A stretch of DNA of 64,000 nucleotides from Phoronis australis (taxonomy: Eukaryota > Animalia > Phoronida), in the NCBI GenBank assembly GCA_002633005.1, contig NMRA01000281.1, positions 203,123 through 267,122 of the forward strand, in the 5' to 3' direction. The number at the start of each line of letters is the position of its first letter. Positions within the stretch are counted from its first letter, which is position 1. Made by a program: the position numbers and the translations under genes. Of this stretch, positions 26,471 through 60,315 are shown one piece after another. Under the pieces are notes generated by a model. The model had not been told where the DNA came from. It was given only the letters and a program-made list of their open reading frames with translations, and searched no databases.

Positions 26471-29400
26471 GTCACTGTTAGACTAAAAGGGATAAATGGT
26501 CATGGTCGCATTTCGAGACCTGGGGTCACATAATCATGAAAGATTTATTTAAGTGTACAATTAAAGTCCATCACCTGGTTTATCACTTTGGTTCTCTACA
26601 AATTACAGAAGATGGTCTAAATAGTCATCGAGGTGAAAGCTTTGGTTTCTAAACAAAAATCAATGCCGCTGGTAGTCATTGCGTAACACGTGACACAGTA
26701 AAAATATACAGCGGTGATTTGTTTATGAACCATTCTTTCAACATTATCTTTGGCGGTCCTATAACAATTCCATAGGAGAACACGACAAATATACGACAGC
26801 TGCCGATCGAATGCAAAGATTACAGTCTGTCTGTGTTTTTACCACGGCTTTAGATATGTTTGACGGAAGCCCGTGTGGGGACATTCTATTTGCCTTTTAT
26901 CGAAATTTGTATAAAAGTTGTTACGTAATACAAAGGCATTTGATGACAATCTGATCGATTTGCTTTTACACGTTTAGTAAATTTCTAACAGCTTGTTTTC
27001 ATTGATTTAGAAAAAAGGTGAAAACTTACTGACATAAAAACATTTGGGTTAAATTTATATTTTTTGAAAACTACATTATTTTCTTCTAAAATTTTCTGAG
27101 TAAATGTAAGACAATCTTCCTTAAACTAAAACCAGTATTCATTCGCTTGCTCTGCCTAATTTTTTTACATATTTCGTAAGACCCGACTCCGTCAGTTGAC
27201 GAGACAATCATGGAACCTCGGTTCACTGCAGAACTTGGGCCTTAAGAAAAATTGCTTCCCGACTTCTCTGATTTTAGAAAAAATGCATTCAAGAAGAGTG
27301 ATTGAAAAAATTACCACTGAAACAATTAGTGAACTTCATTCAGTTTATGGTCATATTGAAAACCAAAGTGTTCCTCCCAAACAAAAAACAAAATATTTCA
27401 AAAGTGGCGCTGCATAAGTCTTCAAGGACTGTCTGTGCTGCTAAAGGACAAAATTCCTTCAAATGAATATAACCCAAAAATAATTGCCGAAACTGTCTTT
27501 TCTCATTTTCCGAAGGCTTATTTCATTGCTTAAAATCTTACAATTTAATTTAAGACGACAATTGACGGATGCTGATAAGAGCGATCTTAAGAAATCTTTC
27601 CATTTATTTAGTTGAGAGATTTTACAAAATAAAATTCTATTTAATTTCCCGTCATATTGCCTTCTAAAATGAAGACAATTTACCCAAGGTGCATCAGATG
27701 TCTCAATAACCTTTGCATTTAACTTGTGCAAACCAATGTTTGAGTCACAAAGGGTTTTTGTCTATAGACAGTGGTGCTATTAATCCTTTCACCCTTTAGC
27801 TGAGATTTATTTGCTTAAAGAGCAGTTCTTAAAAGTCTGCACAAAAGCATTGAATTATGTCGCAAAATCTGAACTCACTGACAAATCACATCAAAAATGT
27901 TATTTAGAATAAATAAAACAATACAAAAAGCTTCTATTTGAGCTAAATAAAAGTTACAATAATTCAGTTAATTTTAAATGTTTATTATGAAATATTTAGT
28001 ACAATAAATATATATACTTAGAAAGCGCCACGAGGCATTGTATCTGGGTTTAATAAATACAAAGAAATTTATATACAATTATTTTAAACAGATACCTAAA
28101 CTAAGATATAAGAACAGACTGCCTTCGTGAGGAAGCTCAACTCACTCTTTTGATTTCCAAAATTGAAATACAATCTGTACTTCAAACAACTGGTACTACT
28201 TGATCAACTCCTTACAGACAGGTAAAATAAACAACTAATATTGACTGACCCAAGCGTAAGGCAAGGATTGTGCGAGCCTTTGCATCTTTAACAAAATGTC
28301 ACATGACGATTTCACATTTGAAAATATGGAAGATCGTTCAACGTATTGTTTTATTTCGCAGGTGGTTACATGTAATGCGGAATTACTCTTGCGTGAGTAA
28401 CGCATCAAGTGTACTAGAACAATTCTTTCACAACTGTCGGGAAGACGGAATATTGTTTTTTGGTTTAGCGGAATCTAATGGCTATTAAATCGAAATATTG
28501 TTCTGGAAATGCTTGATTTAAAGGCCCATTCTATCACCTTTAATGTTGTATTGACTTGACAGGTAAATTAAATAGACGTCATGTGTTGTGGTTCACCAGT
28601 CGCCAGGAGGAGCTGCAGATGGTGTGAATCAAGTGCGAGAGTTAAAGTCATTTAGCAGTTTTCACAGTAATCTCATGGAAAACTGAGCTACCATATTTCT
28701 TCCCCAACATAAAAATGAATAGATTGCACTTTTAGGCAATTGGACAACCTTTTCGTTATTCTTCGTTCATGTATTAAAATTGCTGAACATTTTGTATCAA
28801 GAAGGAAATTATTCCTGGACATGAAATGATTTAGTTTCACCACAGCGTCTCAAATTGACTATTATCGACTACAGAACTTATTTGATTTCGAGACGTTTAT
28901 TATACTTCACATTACAAGTACAAATGAAAGTGGTAAATAATGACATATAGTGAAAACATTTTAGCACCAAATGTTTAAAGCGGTTTTTGAATGGAAAGGC
29001 GGCTAACACAGTTCGCAACCGATTGGGCCAAGTGAGCAATTTATCGCGCCTTTTTCAAAACATTTGATAACTGCTTTACAATTGACTATGCAGCAAAAAA
29101 ACTGTTGCGGTCCAAATAAAGAGTGGTAAACGAATACCAATGCAAAATGATCAGCACGGCAGGTGTTCACAACTGTGGGACAAGACAGACGCGTAGCAAT
29201 GGGTAAATATCACAGAATCAGAGAGGGCGCTGTGGTATTACGAGAAGTGGCCTTCGTGGGATTGATATTCGATTTTGAATTTTGTTTTTAATTTTTCAAT
29301 TCATCGCGATCTGGAAGCCTTGTGAAAATGCAGGCGGAGACAAAAGTCGCACTTTCATTTTGAACACAACAGTCTACGTAAAAGTCAAATATAAGTTAGG

Positions 29401-32400
29401 ATGGGGTAGGGAAAAATAAATAGAATATCGAAAAAGTTCATTTTAAATATAGGAAACTGAAAACGTAGAGAAGTGCAGATGTCGTTTGTATTCAGGTCAA
29501 TCTTTTGTGGATCGGTTATCCTAACTACCCATTCATACTAATTTGGTTTTCGTCTCGTTTCGCACCTTGTACAGGTTCAACTCGAACAATGCAATGAAAC
29601 TCGAGACAATCTTTGTTGATTCAAAGGCTTAAAACGAACAACTTTTCCGACAATCACATTAGCTGAAGTATTTGAAAACATGACAATTTCAATACACTTG
29701 CCTATAGATTAGTGAGGATCATATTTTTCCTAATTCCCTCATAATAGATGTCGAAAGAGGGTTTCACTCGCGCAGGAGAGTTGTAAAGAGTCGACCAAGG
29801 CTAACACGTGTATACAAGCACTTGAGATATTTAAACAGTTGTCACTAGCTTTGATAACGAAAACAACGCTCAATGTTGTTTATTGCGGCTAAGTGGACAA
29901 GAGTGACACTTCACACAATAGGCCACACATTGAAATAGCGGGTCTGCGTCTGACCTGAGCATCGAAAGTTAAAATCACAGGGAAATTGGGAACAAAACTA
30001 TCTTTTAAGAATAAATATGAAAATAAAATGGTGTACGAAATGATGCTTTCGGCAGACTATTGAGCAAAATACTAATATTATTAATTAGTATCCATTGGAA
30101 ATTTTTCGAAAGCCAAGGCAAACGTGTATTGAGAACACTTTGCTCGTGATTTAAGACTTTCAAAGTGAGCTTATTAATAATAAGTACAATATGCCAAATA
30201 CGTAAGTATGCGGCAACAACGAAAAAAACAGGAATCTGTCTTCGAAAAATAAATAAGTAGTTAACATGTTTTTCAACCGCAAAAAAACATGGATGTAAGC
30301 ACACCACTAACGGTAATAAGAGCGATGTTGAAATGCCGCAGTATTAACACATAATCCCTGCCCGCGGCCACTGAATTAACACACCTGACCGTGGTAATCG
30401 CGGAAGACAAGTAGGTTTTTTGTTTAGTTTAAGGCGTGCAGTTCTGGTATTTTGATTCTATTGTTTGTTTTATGCGAGCCTCTGTTGACTTTCTTTTACC
30501 ATAGGGGACTGGCATAGATTATATTCTGAAATCATTTTATGTGAGCCGAGAAAAAAAACGTTCAAGTTACTTCACTTTAACTTGATATCAAGTAAACTAT
30601 TGGTTTTTGAAACCGAAGCTGACTTCTGAAGACACACCCACTGCGCTGCCTCCTGTCGGCGTAGCTGGTATAAGGCATTAGTTGTTCTTTATTCGCATTT
30701 TCACAGAACACTGAACACCGAACGAATACCGGAATTTATTTACCCCTAGTAGAAACGTAAGATTCCTGACTTTGAAGATTGGGACATGGGCGGCCGAAAA
30801 TCATTAGGAAGAGCAATGTTTACAAACTTGCAACCGGCAGTCGACAAAAGCAGACTTTGTTCCGCTTGCAACTCCCATATCCCATCAAGGTGTGAATTCA
30901 TTTACGACACTGAGACTCAAATGGCTAATTTTCAACAAGTTTTTGTGTCTCTTTAATGTAGATTGAAAGCTTGACCCAGTTTAGACAAGTATCATAGCTG
31001 GAGCTGCAACGAGGAATGTTTGCCACAAAGCCATAAAATAAAACATGTCGTTGTTTTAATACATCGACTAATTTATAAAACATTTTTATTTCAGCTCACA
31101 AATGATTTTAATGGTGCACTAACGGTTTTTGCCATTATGACATTAAATAATACCACGCGCCATCGAATTCTACAATGACGTCATACCCAATTGTAGAAAT
31201 TAGGTGTGAGGCCTACTTCTTGCCTCAGATAGTTCCAGATAACTCCACTTAATTCACAAGTCCAACAACGTTTTCTTAGAAAATGCGAAGGGCATGAAAA
31301 TAAAACACGGAGGAAAAAATCAACGGAGTAACTTTTTGTTCAGAAGTGAAAACACTAAAATGTGAGGAACTCAAAATCCAGAAAAAATTGCTAACTTACG
31401 CCGACGAAAGAGAATCAGTAAATCGGAAAATATAATTAAGGCAGTCAAAACATAAAACTGACACTGCACAACGAAATTAATCCGTTTTCAAAAAGATTTC
31501 AGTCAGCAACTTAATTAGAAGTGGCTTTTCAGAAACCCATGAAAATTTCACGTTTTTGCCATAGGCGCCTTTGTTTTGGCTGCTGTAACAGAGCACTAAT
31601 TCGGTGAACCTCGCATTTTTGGAAATTTGTAGTCGGCAAGGACTAAAATGCAAAATTACAAGACTTGAGAAAATCATCGATAAATTAACCTGTGTCGAAC
31701 CAGCTTAACGCGCAGTTATGTAGTATGCGCATCCTCCGAGCAGTTTCAGACAAATACATCGAACACATCAAGATTGTGCGATAATACGCGTCAAAGCGTG
31801 ACACCGTAAATCACGGAAGAAGTACATGTACACCGGTAGTGACCTGAAGCAATGTTTATGTTCTGGTTACAACAAAATTCAAGTTGGGTCAACCACAGGC
31901 AGTTTTATACACAGGTGTCGGAGGTGCGTGTTTACTGCAAACATCGTAACAATAAAACAATTAGTACGGTCCGTTTGCGCGTATTCATAAGCAGCATAGG
32001 CGTAATTAGTCATGGAAAAAAGGCGAAAGAACTTTCAGATCTCAGACGTATGACATGAAAAAATTATTTATTTAATGAACGAGTCGACCACCGCACACTG
32101 ACATGTCATGATGCGGACAACCAGAACAATACTTGTGCATTGTGGCAGGTATTTGGAAGATAATGAACTAAACATGTGCCCTTCCATACACACAGGTGTT
32201 TTGAGGGCATCACCTGTAATAACCAACACAGAATATCCTTCGCGTCTTAACGTGTTAGAACACGTGATTGAGAACGAGCGCAAACATGAGAACATCCAAT
32301 TGAGGATTGTGCATATTTTAGAATCATTTTCTTGATTTTCGTTTCAGGTTAGGAATAGAAGCTGAACACCGCTAAAATTGATTTTACTTCCAAAACTTCA

Positions 32401-33982
32401 AATCCGTCAACAAATACACATCTAGAATGGGCAGCTCGAAATTCACCAGGCGGCGCTTTGATTACGCACTGTGCTCGACATTTATTAGCAATGTATTTTG
32501 AATTCACCTTTAATATTGTAGCAATTAAAGATCCCTTCAGAGGGGTCTTGTAATGGGAAAATTCTTGCTATTCTTTAAACTTGTCCCGACGTAAAATAAC
32601 TCTACGGAAGGACGACTTACTCATAGTTTAGAAGTGAAAAGACGATTAATCTTATTTTTCAGGGGTGCACTTCTCAGGCTAGACAAAAATAGCAGAGCGC
32701 CCTATGGATTTAACTAGCAAGAAGGTATCAGAAGTAACGATATTACAAAGAACGCATCAGTTTCCCTCAGTGCCAGAGATTGTGATCGCCGAGTATTAGA
32801 GACCTATTTTGTATGAATGGTTACATTGTACATTGCCAAGCAAACTTGGTATCGAACCACCGAACGTCTTAGTAATATCGCCTGTAACATATTCGAATCG
32901 ACTATCAATTCTCACTTTGGAAAGAATTGGCAGAGTGTTAACGAGTGTAGCCTAAAACACAAGGACCGGAACTGCGTCGCGTGGCCGTAACCCATGAGGA
33001 AATATCGTAACACACGAGATATGCTTCGTTCTAGACTGTTTATTAGCAAAATAACATGAGGTGTAAATATGCATACATTTCCAATCAAATGGGATAACCC
33101 ATTACACGACAGCTTGTGCAGTCCAGCTACTAAAATTCAATGTATTTTCTTGACAATAGAGAATGGGATTCAAGAGGATTCTTAGGATTCCAATAACTGA
33201 AGATCCGGCAGCGAGATTTTCAGCTGCGCGAACTTTGTCTACTTTGTCTCGATAAAAACACGTTACGTCTTAAAGTTGGTGTCATTCAGAATTTAGTAAA
33301 TTTTGAATGTCTAAAACTCAAATTTAAGTGCCTGACAGGATCACGTTCAATCTTAGCTTTAAAAAACGAATAGTGTATGAAGACAGGTGTCTTACGGTTC
33401 TCCAGCAACGTCTTTTGGAATAAGGTAGGATTATAAGCAAATTGAGGCATACAGGTGACCGTCTCTTTTTGAAAGTACGATCCAAATTTGAATTCAGACA
33501 CTGCACGAACGTTAGAATGAGACTCCATACTGACTTTCACATTCTCAAAGAGAGATGATAATCTTGAGATTCTCTCCACTTTAGGTATTCAACAGAAAAG
33601 CAAACAGGAGGCCACCCTGTCAACAAGGATACAAAGTTCAAATGTGTGCTTTGATGAAATACTGTGTTGCACACTTTTGCCACCTACAATATTCACCAAA
33701 TTCAAAAGACACTACAAGTTCGACATGCAGGCGTTAAAAATGCACTTGGCCTTAACAGTCGCCAAAAACAACTACCTGATCCAACAAATAAACGGACAGA
33801 GACATGTCAAACAGCAAATGTCTTGTTGAAAGTGGCACAATTTTAATTCCAAGCTTATTGTTCTGTATTCTCGAATCAGTTGGTCACAAACAAAGAACTT
33901 AAGTAGATTTGGAAGTACAATCACCCCATAAATAAGCACAACTGACTGTGAACCGAGACCTATACAGCATCACACTTGGAGG

Positions 33983-34178
33983 TCACAGGAGTCTTCTTCA
34001 CCAGGTGGCGCTAATGAGTAAAGACTTCTGTTCCTAACACCTGAATAGATTGAGAGCAGAAAGCAGTGAGGGCGTCCTTGGTCTGACCGTTCCATGCCAC
34101 TAACTGAACCCATGCATTTCTGGCATAGGGAATGTTCTTTCACTAAGCGCCACCTAGTGAATTTAAAGTCGCCTATGA
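33983..34178. mobile_element. MITE-like element of about 195 bp whose inverted ends carry CTCF-like motifs
   Basis: ttcaccaggtggcgct (33997) and agcgccacctagtgaa (34146) are inverted repeats with one mismatch and extend outward imperfectly. Related ends at 57761 and 32442. Confidence 0.6.
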
Positions 34179-34257
34179 GTTGGATATTAGCTTGAAATGC
34201 CAACTAAAGCGACTCCCAGGGAAATTGTAGCCTTTCAGTTTTCTCTCAAATCACACA

Positions 34258-34267
34258 TTTATTTATT
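34258..34267 (-). terminator. Candidate GMDS polyadenylation signal (overlapping AATAAA x2)
   Basis: First canonical minus-strand AATAAA I saw after the GMDS stop (about 1.7 kb away). It could instead be a retroposon tail. Confidence 0.3.
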
Positions 34268-34725
34268 ATACGAACTCCTCAAGGGAGAACAAGATAGATA
34301 AAAAACAATGAATAACAGATAATAGACTAATTAAAATTAAATTAAAATGCTTTGGTCAGGAGTCTCAGAAAAAAATTCAGCCGATGCTGGATTACAGATA
34401 TCATTTACATTTTCACTGTAAATATTTCATATTTTAAATGCACAGTGTGAAGTTATTAAAGAAGGGAAGCTATACTGTAATACAAATGTGGCATGTGTAG
34501 GTAGTCCTTTAGGTAGATCAAAACTTGACCTCTGTCAGTCACAACTTTGAGCCTGAGTCCCAATATTAAAGTGTTCACCATCCAAAGCAATTTTCTCCAT
34601 TTTATACTACAAAGATTGTCATGTTGTCATTGAAATGAGCAGACAGTACAAACACATACGGTACAAGCCAAAAGTGTTCACATAAAATTACACGCAATTC
34701 CTCATCATGATGATTTGGGGAAGCG

Positions 34726-35070
34726 GAATTCATGGTGAGAGAAGTCTTCTCTCTCCTGACCGAGAATGAAGGGGAATTCATGGTGAGAGAAGTCTTCTCT
34801 CTCCTGACCGAGAATGAAGGGGAATTCATGGTGAGAGAAGTCTTCTCTCTCCTGACCGAGAATGAAGGGGAATTCATGGCGAGAGAAGTCTTCTCTCTCC
34901 TGACCGAGAATGAAGGGGAATTCATGGTGAGAGAAATCTTCTCTCTCCTGACCGAGAATGAAGGGGAATTCATGGTGAGAGAAGTCTTCTCTCTCCTGAC
35001 CGAGAATGAAGGTGAATTCATGGTGAGAGAAGTCTTCTCTCTCCTGACCGAGAGGCGAGAATGAAGAGGA
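34726..35070 (+). repeat. 48-bp minisatellite, about 7 copies
   Basis: Unit gaattcatggtgagagaagtcttctctctcctgaccgagaatgaaggg with an internal palindrome gagagaa-gtc-ttctctc; no spacers. Confidence 0.95.
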
Positions 35071-35119
35071 ATTTGCAGCAAAGTCAGTAAGGAGACTAAA
35101 CCCTTCTGAAATTAGAATC

Positions 35120-35216
35120 TTGCTGTCCTAATAGTTATTACCAGTAATTTTTGCTCTTAACAAATTTAGCCATCGGGAAAAACATTAGTTTGTCCGATTA
35201 CCTTGTCTTGCACTAT
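35120..35216 (+). repeat. Dispersed repeat fragment; related copy at about 60688-60787
   Basis: Shared tcctaatagttattac.agt.atttttgct.ttaaca...gtttgtc.gattac..tgtcttg. Confidence 0.65.
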
Positions 35217-35267
35217 ATAGATAACAAGAGAAACTGATAAAAAATATCAACTCTGGCCTCAATTGCA

Positions 35268-35372
35268 GAATCTATAGCAGAGTTAGCCTCACCTCTATAC
35301 GTGAATCTACAGCAGAGTTAGCCTCACCTCTATATGTGAATCAACAGCACAGTTAGCCTCACCTCTATATGT
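35268..35372 (+). repeat. 35-bp tandem repeat, 3 copies
   Basis: Unit gaatctatagcagagttagcctcacctctatacgt. Confidence 0.9.
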
Positions 35373-35930
35373 GTCCCATATGCTTGAAACTAGCTAAGTA
35401 CACCACCCTATTGAAGATATGTTCTGTTCATGAAGATATCTGGTATCTACACAGTTGATTAAGATTATTATTCAATGAAATACTTCCAGCAACCTATATA
35501 CTACATCACCAATCCAAGTATCTGAAAGTTGTTTATGCAAGTAAATAACATCCCTTGTATGTCTAACAATCCATCATACACTAACACTCTCCATTTTAAC
35601 AGAAAAAAAAAACAAATCCTCACTCAAAAAGTTCCCACAAAATGACAACCTCTGTTTACCATACACTATAAACTATATTGTAAATCATAAACACTTGTTA
35701 TGCTTATCACAACAGATCAGATGAAATTGGAGCACAGATTGTCAGATTTTAAAATCCCGAAGACAAATGACTAGTATACAGAATGTTCTTTTGGCATCTT
35801 AACATAAATCTACACAATAGAGATTCTGAGACTTAATTTTTGTACAGATTCTGTAAAGATAAGAACATAAAAAGCCATAGATACTTGTCCACACTGGAAT
35901 GGTTACTGACTACACCATCAACTGTCACAT

Positions 35931-57442
<21,512 letters not shown>

Positions 57443-57471
57443 CTGGAATCACCATGTGAAGCTGAATAAAT

Positions 57472-57668
57472 CAAACAAGTATTCTCCCTGGTCCACAAAC
57501 AAGTATTCTCCCTGGTCCATAAACAAGTATTCTCCCTGGTCCACAAGCAAGTATGCTCCCTGGACCAAAAACAAGTATTCTCCCTGGTCCACAAACAAGT
57601 ATTCTCCCTGGTCCACAAACAAATATGCTCCCTGGTCCACAAACAAATATGCTCCCTGGTCCACAAAC
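57472..57668 (+). repeat. 24-bp minisatellite, about 8 copies, next to a GMDS splice acceptor
   Basis: Unit caaacaagtattctccctggtcca. Confidence 0.95.
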
Positions 57669-59864
57669 CTAGTTACATCCAAAGTTCACCACTTACTGGA
57701 TTCCAAGACAATAAGTCATTCTCAGGAATCTAGTGATCTGTTTTGGGTAAAGCCAATATATTCACTAGGTGGCGCAAATGAAGAAAGGTCCCAAGTTTCA
57801 GCATCTGCAGAGAGTGAGAGCGCACAGGTCTCACGTGATTATATGTATTTCTGCACGAAGGACTTCACAAACAGCATTAGGTAAATTTTGGTTCACCCAT
57901 TTGGGCACAAGAATAAAGTTATCCAAGAATGCTACATAGGTCAGAAAGCTTCCTATCTTCTTCAGTGTTTTGTAACAGAAACACACTAGGTCCATGTTAA
58001 AACAAAACTGTATTCATAGGGCAATGCCGCGAAAAGGTCAACCAAGAGACAAAAAAATTAAAATAGTGACTATACTAATGTTTCTGTTCTCACCTGAAAG
58101 CCCATATTCTCTAGTTTGAGGATCCATATTTGACTGTCCTATAACTTTCAATTTTTTGCCTAAATGGACTTATTTTGGGGTCACTTGACCCCAAAAAGTT
58201 AGCTTGATTTTCATGTGTGTTGCTGGTTATTGTCATAAATAAGCCAATTACGGGTATTTCACTATATCATCCAATTTGTGCAATCACACCAAGCCCAAAC
58301 TTTATAAAAAATAACAATTCAACTTTGTCACATCATTGACCTCTTGGGGTCAAAGGCCAACTCCTGGGTATCATGGTGCTGTACGTCCGTCACAAAAAAG
58401 TGCTAAAAAGGTTAGTTACGTTAAAAGTTTAAATTCAAAATTAAAATAATTTCAGATTATCTTTTAACTTCTTACTCAATACTATTGACCAACATTTTAG
58501 TTCCCAAGGATTATTCGTGACGTTAGAAACTGCGTCACAGATGTACGGCAATTTTACACACTTGTCACGTGGATATGTCACACCCATGAAATTACAACTT
58601 TTCAGCCAATGAAAATAACCTCAGGTCTTATTTTTACTTTCTAAACTTGCAGAAGATAAAATGTAGCTCACACCTAAGAACCTTAAAATGATTAAATAAT
58701 ACAAAGACAGCTTTAAAATTAAGTAAAGAAGTTGCTACAGATTTAATCTTCAGGCATTGTAATTTTAAAAGTATTTGCAGAAAAGTTATATTTCACAACG
58801 TCATCTAGTTATTCTTATTGGAATTCAACTTATTACAACCAGATACTTGCACCACATTATAAAATGTAAATAAAACAAAATGTAAATTTAATGATCACAT
58901 ATTGTTTTTCTGTTGCTGTCTCGTGTTTGTAAAGAAATGCTTTGTAGCTTTTGGGAAACTCAAAACGCAAAAATATTCACATAAAAGAATTCCTAAGGTG
59001 TTGTAGAGCATAAATAACAAGAGACCTAAAGGAATATGTCAAGTTGCTGCTGCACTGGAATCAACGTGTCATTTCTGCTCTGACCTGCTATGCTGTTTTA
59101 TGTTATAAAGCTGATACTGGGCATTTTTACGCAGTAGCAACCTGTCACCTACTTTATTGAGCATTTTTGTCACACCCTCACTGACTATAGTCACTCTTGT
59201 TGTGTTTTTCAGTGTCTTGGGTGGCTTGTATGAAAAGATTTTATACAAATGATTACACTGTCTTGTCCAACATATTTTTGATCTTCCAATCTTTTTAAGA
59301 ATTAGACCATTTTTNGCTGACAACTAAACCAGGCTTCACACAATTGCCCCATATAGGTACTAAATTAGATGATTAAGACCAGTAAGCCCCAGTTCCAATA
59401 TTTTGAGCCACTGAATAAATTGAAACACCAAAGAAAAACTTTGCGATCAACACAAAATCTTGGAATTAATTACTTAACAACAAAAATAATCTAGTCACCA
59501 CCATGTAGAAGAATTTGACTGAATAAAAGGTGCAGAGAGTCATAACATCCCACTCACAAAGTTAACGAACACCTTCAATTGTAACAGAAACGTCAGTAAT
59601 AAGGACAGCTACGAGGGTCATTTTGACTAGCATTTTGCTGGCAGTTTGAATTAACCCCAAAATACAGTTCTGTCAACTTAACTAACACTTGAAGGAAGAA
59701 TGCTTACTTCAAAACTGAGGCATAAATATTAATGATGTCAGTTCAGAGACTGAAGATGCTTTATAACCAATTGCTGCTTTAATGGAATGCAGGTGGTGAG
59801 AGGAAATGATGCATTGGAGGTAGGGTGGAATTGGAAATGAACTGTTGTTATCCCAACTAATATT

Positions 59865-60315
59865 CAAGATACCTAAACTACACAGTCAACGGACTCATAA
59901 ACACGGGCACGGACGAATGAACACGACACACGGACCTGCAAACACCGTCCACTGACTCACAAACACGGGAACGGACTCACAAAACACGATCCACACACCC
60001 AAATACACAAGACACGGACTCATATTCAAGAGGAAACACGGTTAACGGACCACCCAACACGGGTCACGGACTCATCGACTTCCTGGGTCAGCTGACATCT
60101 CCATTTTGTCCATAAACCGTGTTTGGCGGTCCGTTAACAGTGTTTCCTCAGGAATATGAGTCCGTGTCCCGTGTATTTGGGTACGTGGATCGTGTTTTAT
60201 GAGTCCGTTCCCGTGTTTGTGAGTCAGTGGACAGTGTTTGCAGGTCCGTGAATCGTGTTCATGCATCCGTGGGCCGTGTTTATGAGTCCGTTAACCCTGT
60301 AGTTTAGGTACCTTG
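59865..60315. mobile_element. 451-bp foldback MITE with arms of about 205 bp and 5-bp TSD (ATATT)
   Basis: Termini CAAGATACCTAAACTACA / TGTAGTTTAGGTACCTTG; the arms are complementary over nearly the whole element; ATATT at 59860-59864 and 60316-60320. Confidence 0.92.

Noticed and set aside
33286-33846. Cluster of 60-97 aa ORFs as a small gene
   Set aside because: No recognisable homology or coherent exon structure.
34726-35070. CRISPR-like palindromic repeat array and its 159-aa and 110-aa repeat ORFs
   Set aside because: Units are contiguous with no unique spacers, there are no cas genes, and the context is eukaryotic. The ORFs arise because 48 is a multiple of 3.
60048-60056. Exact GLI site GACCACCCA as a Fox enhancer
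   Set aside because: It lies inside a foldback MITE arm and the opposite arm differs at these bases, so it is probably incidental.
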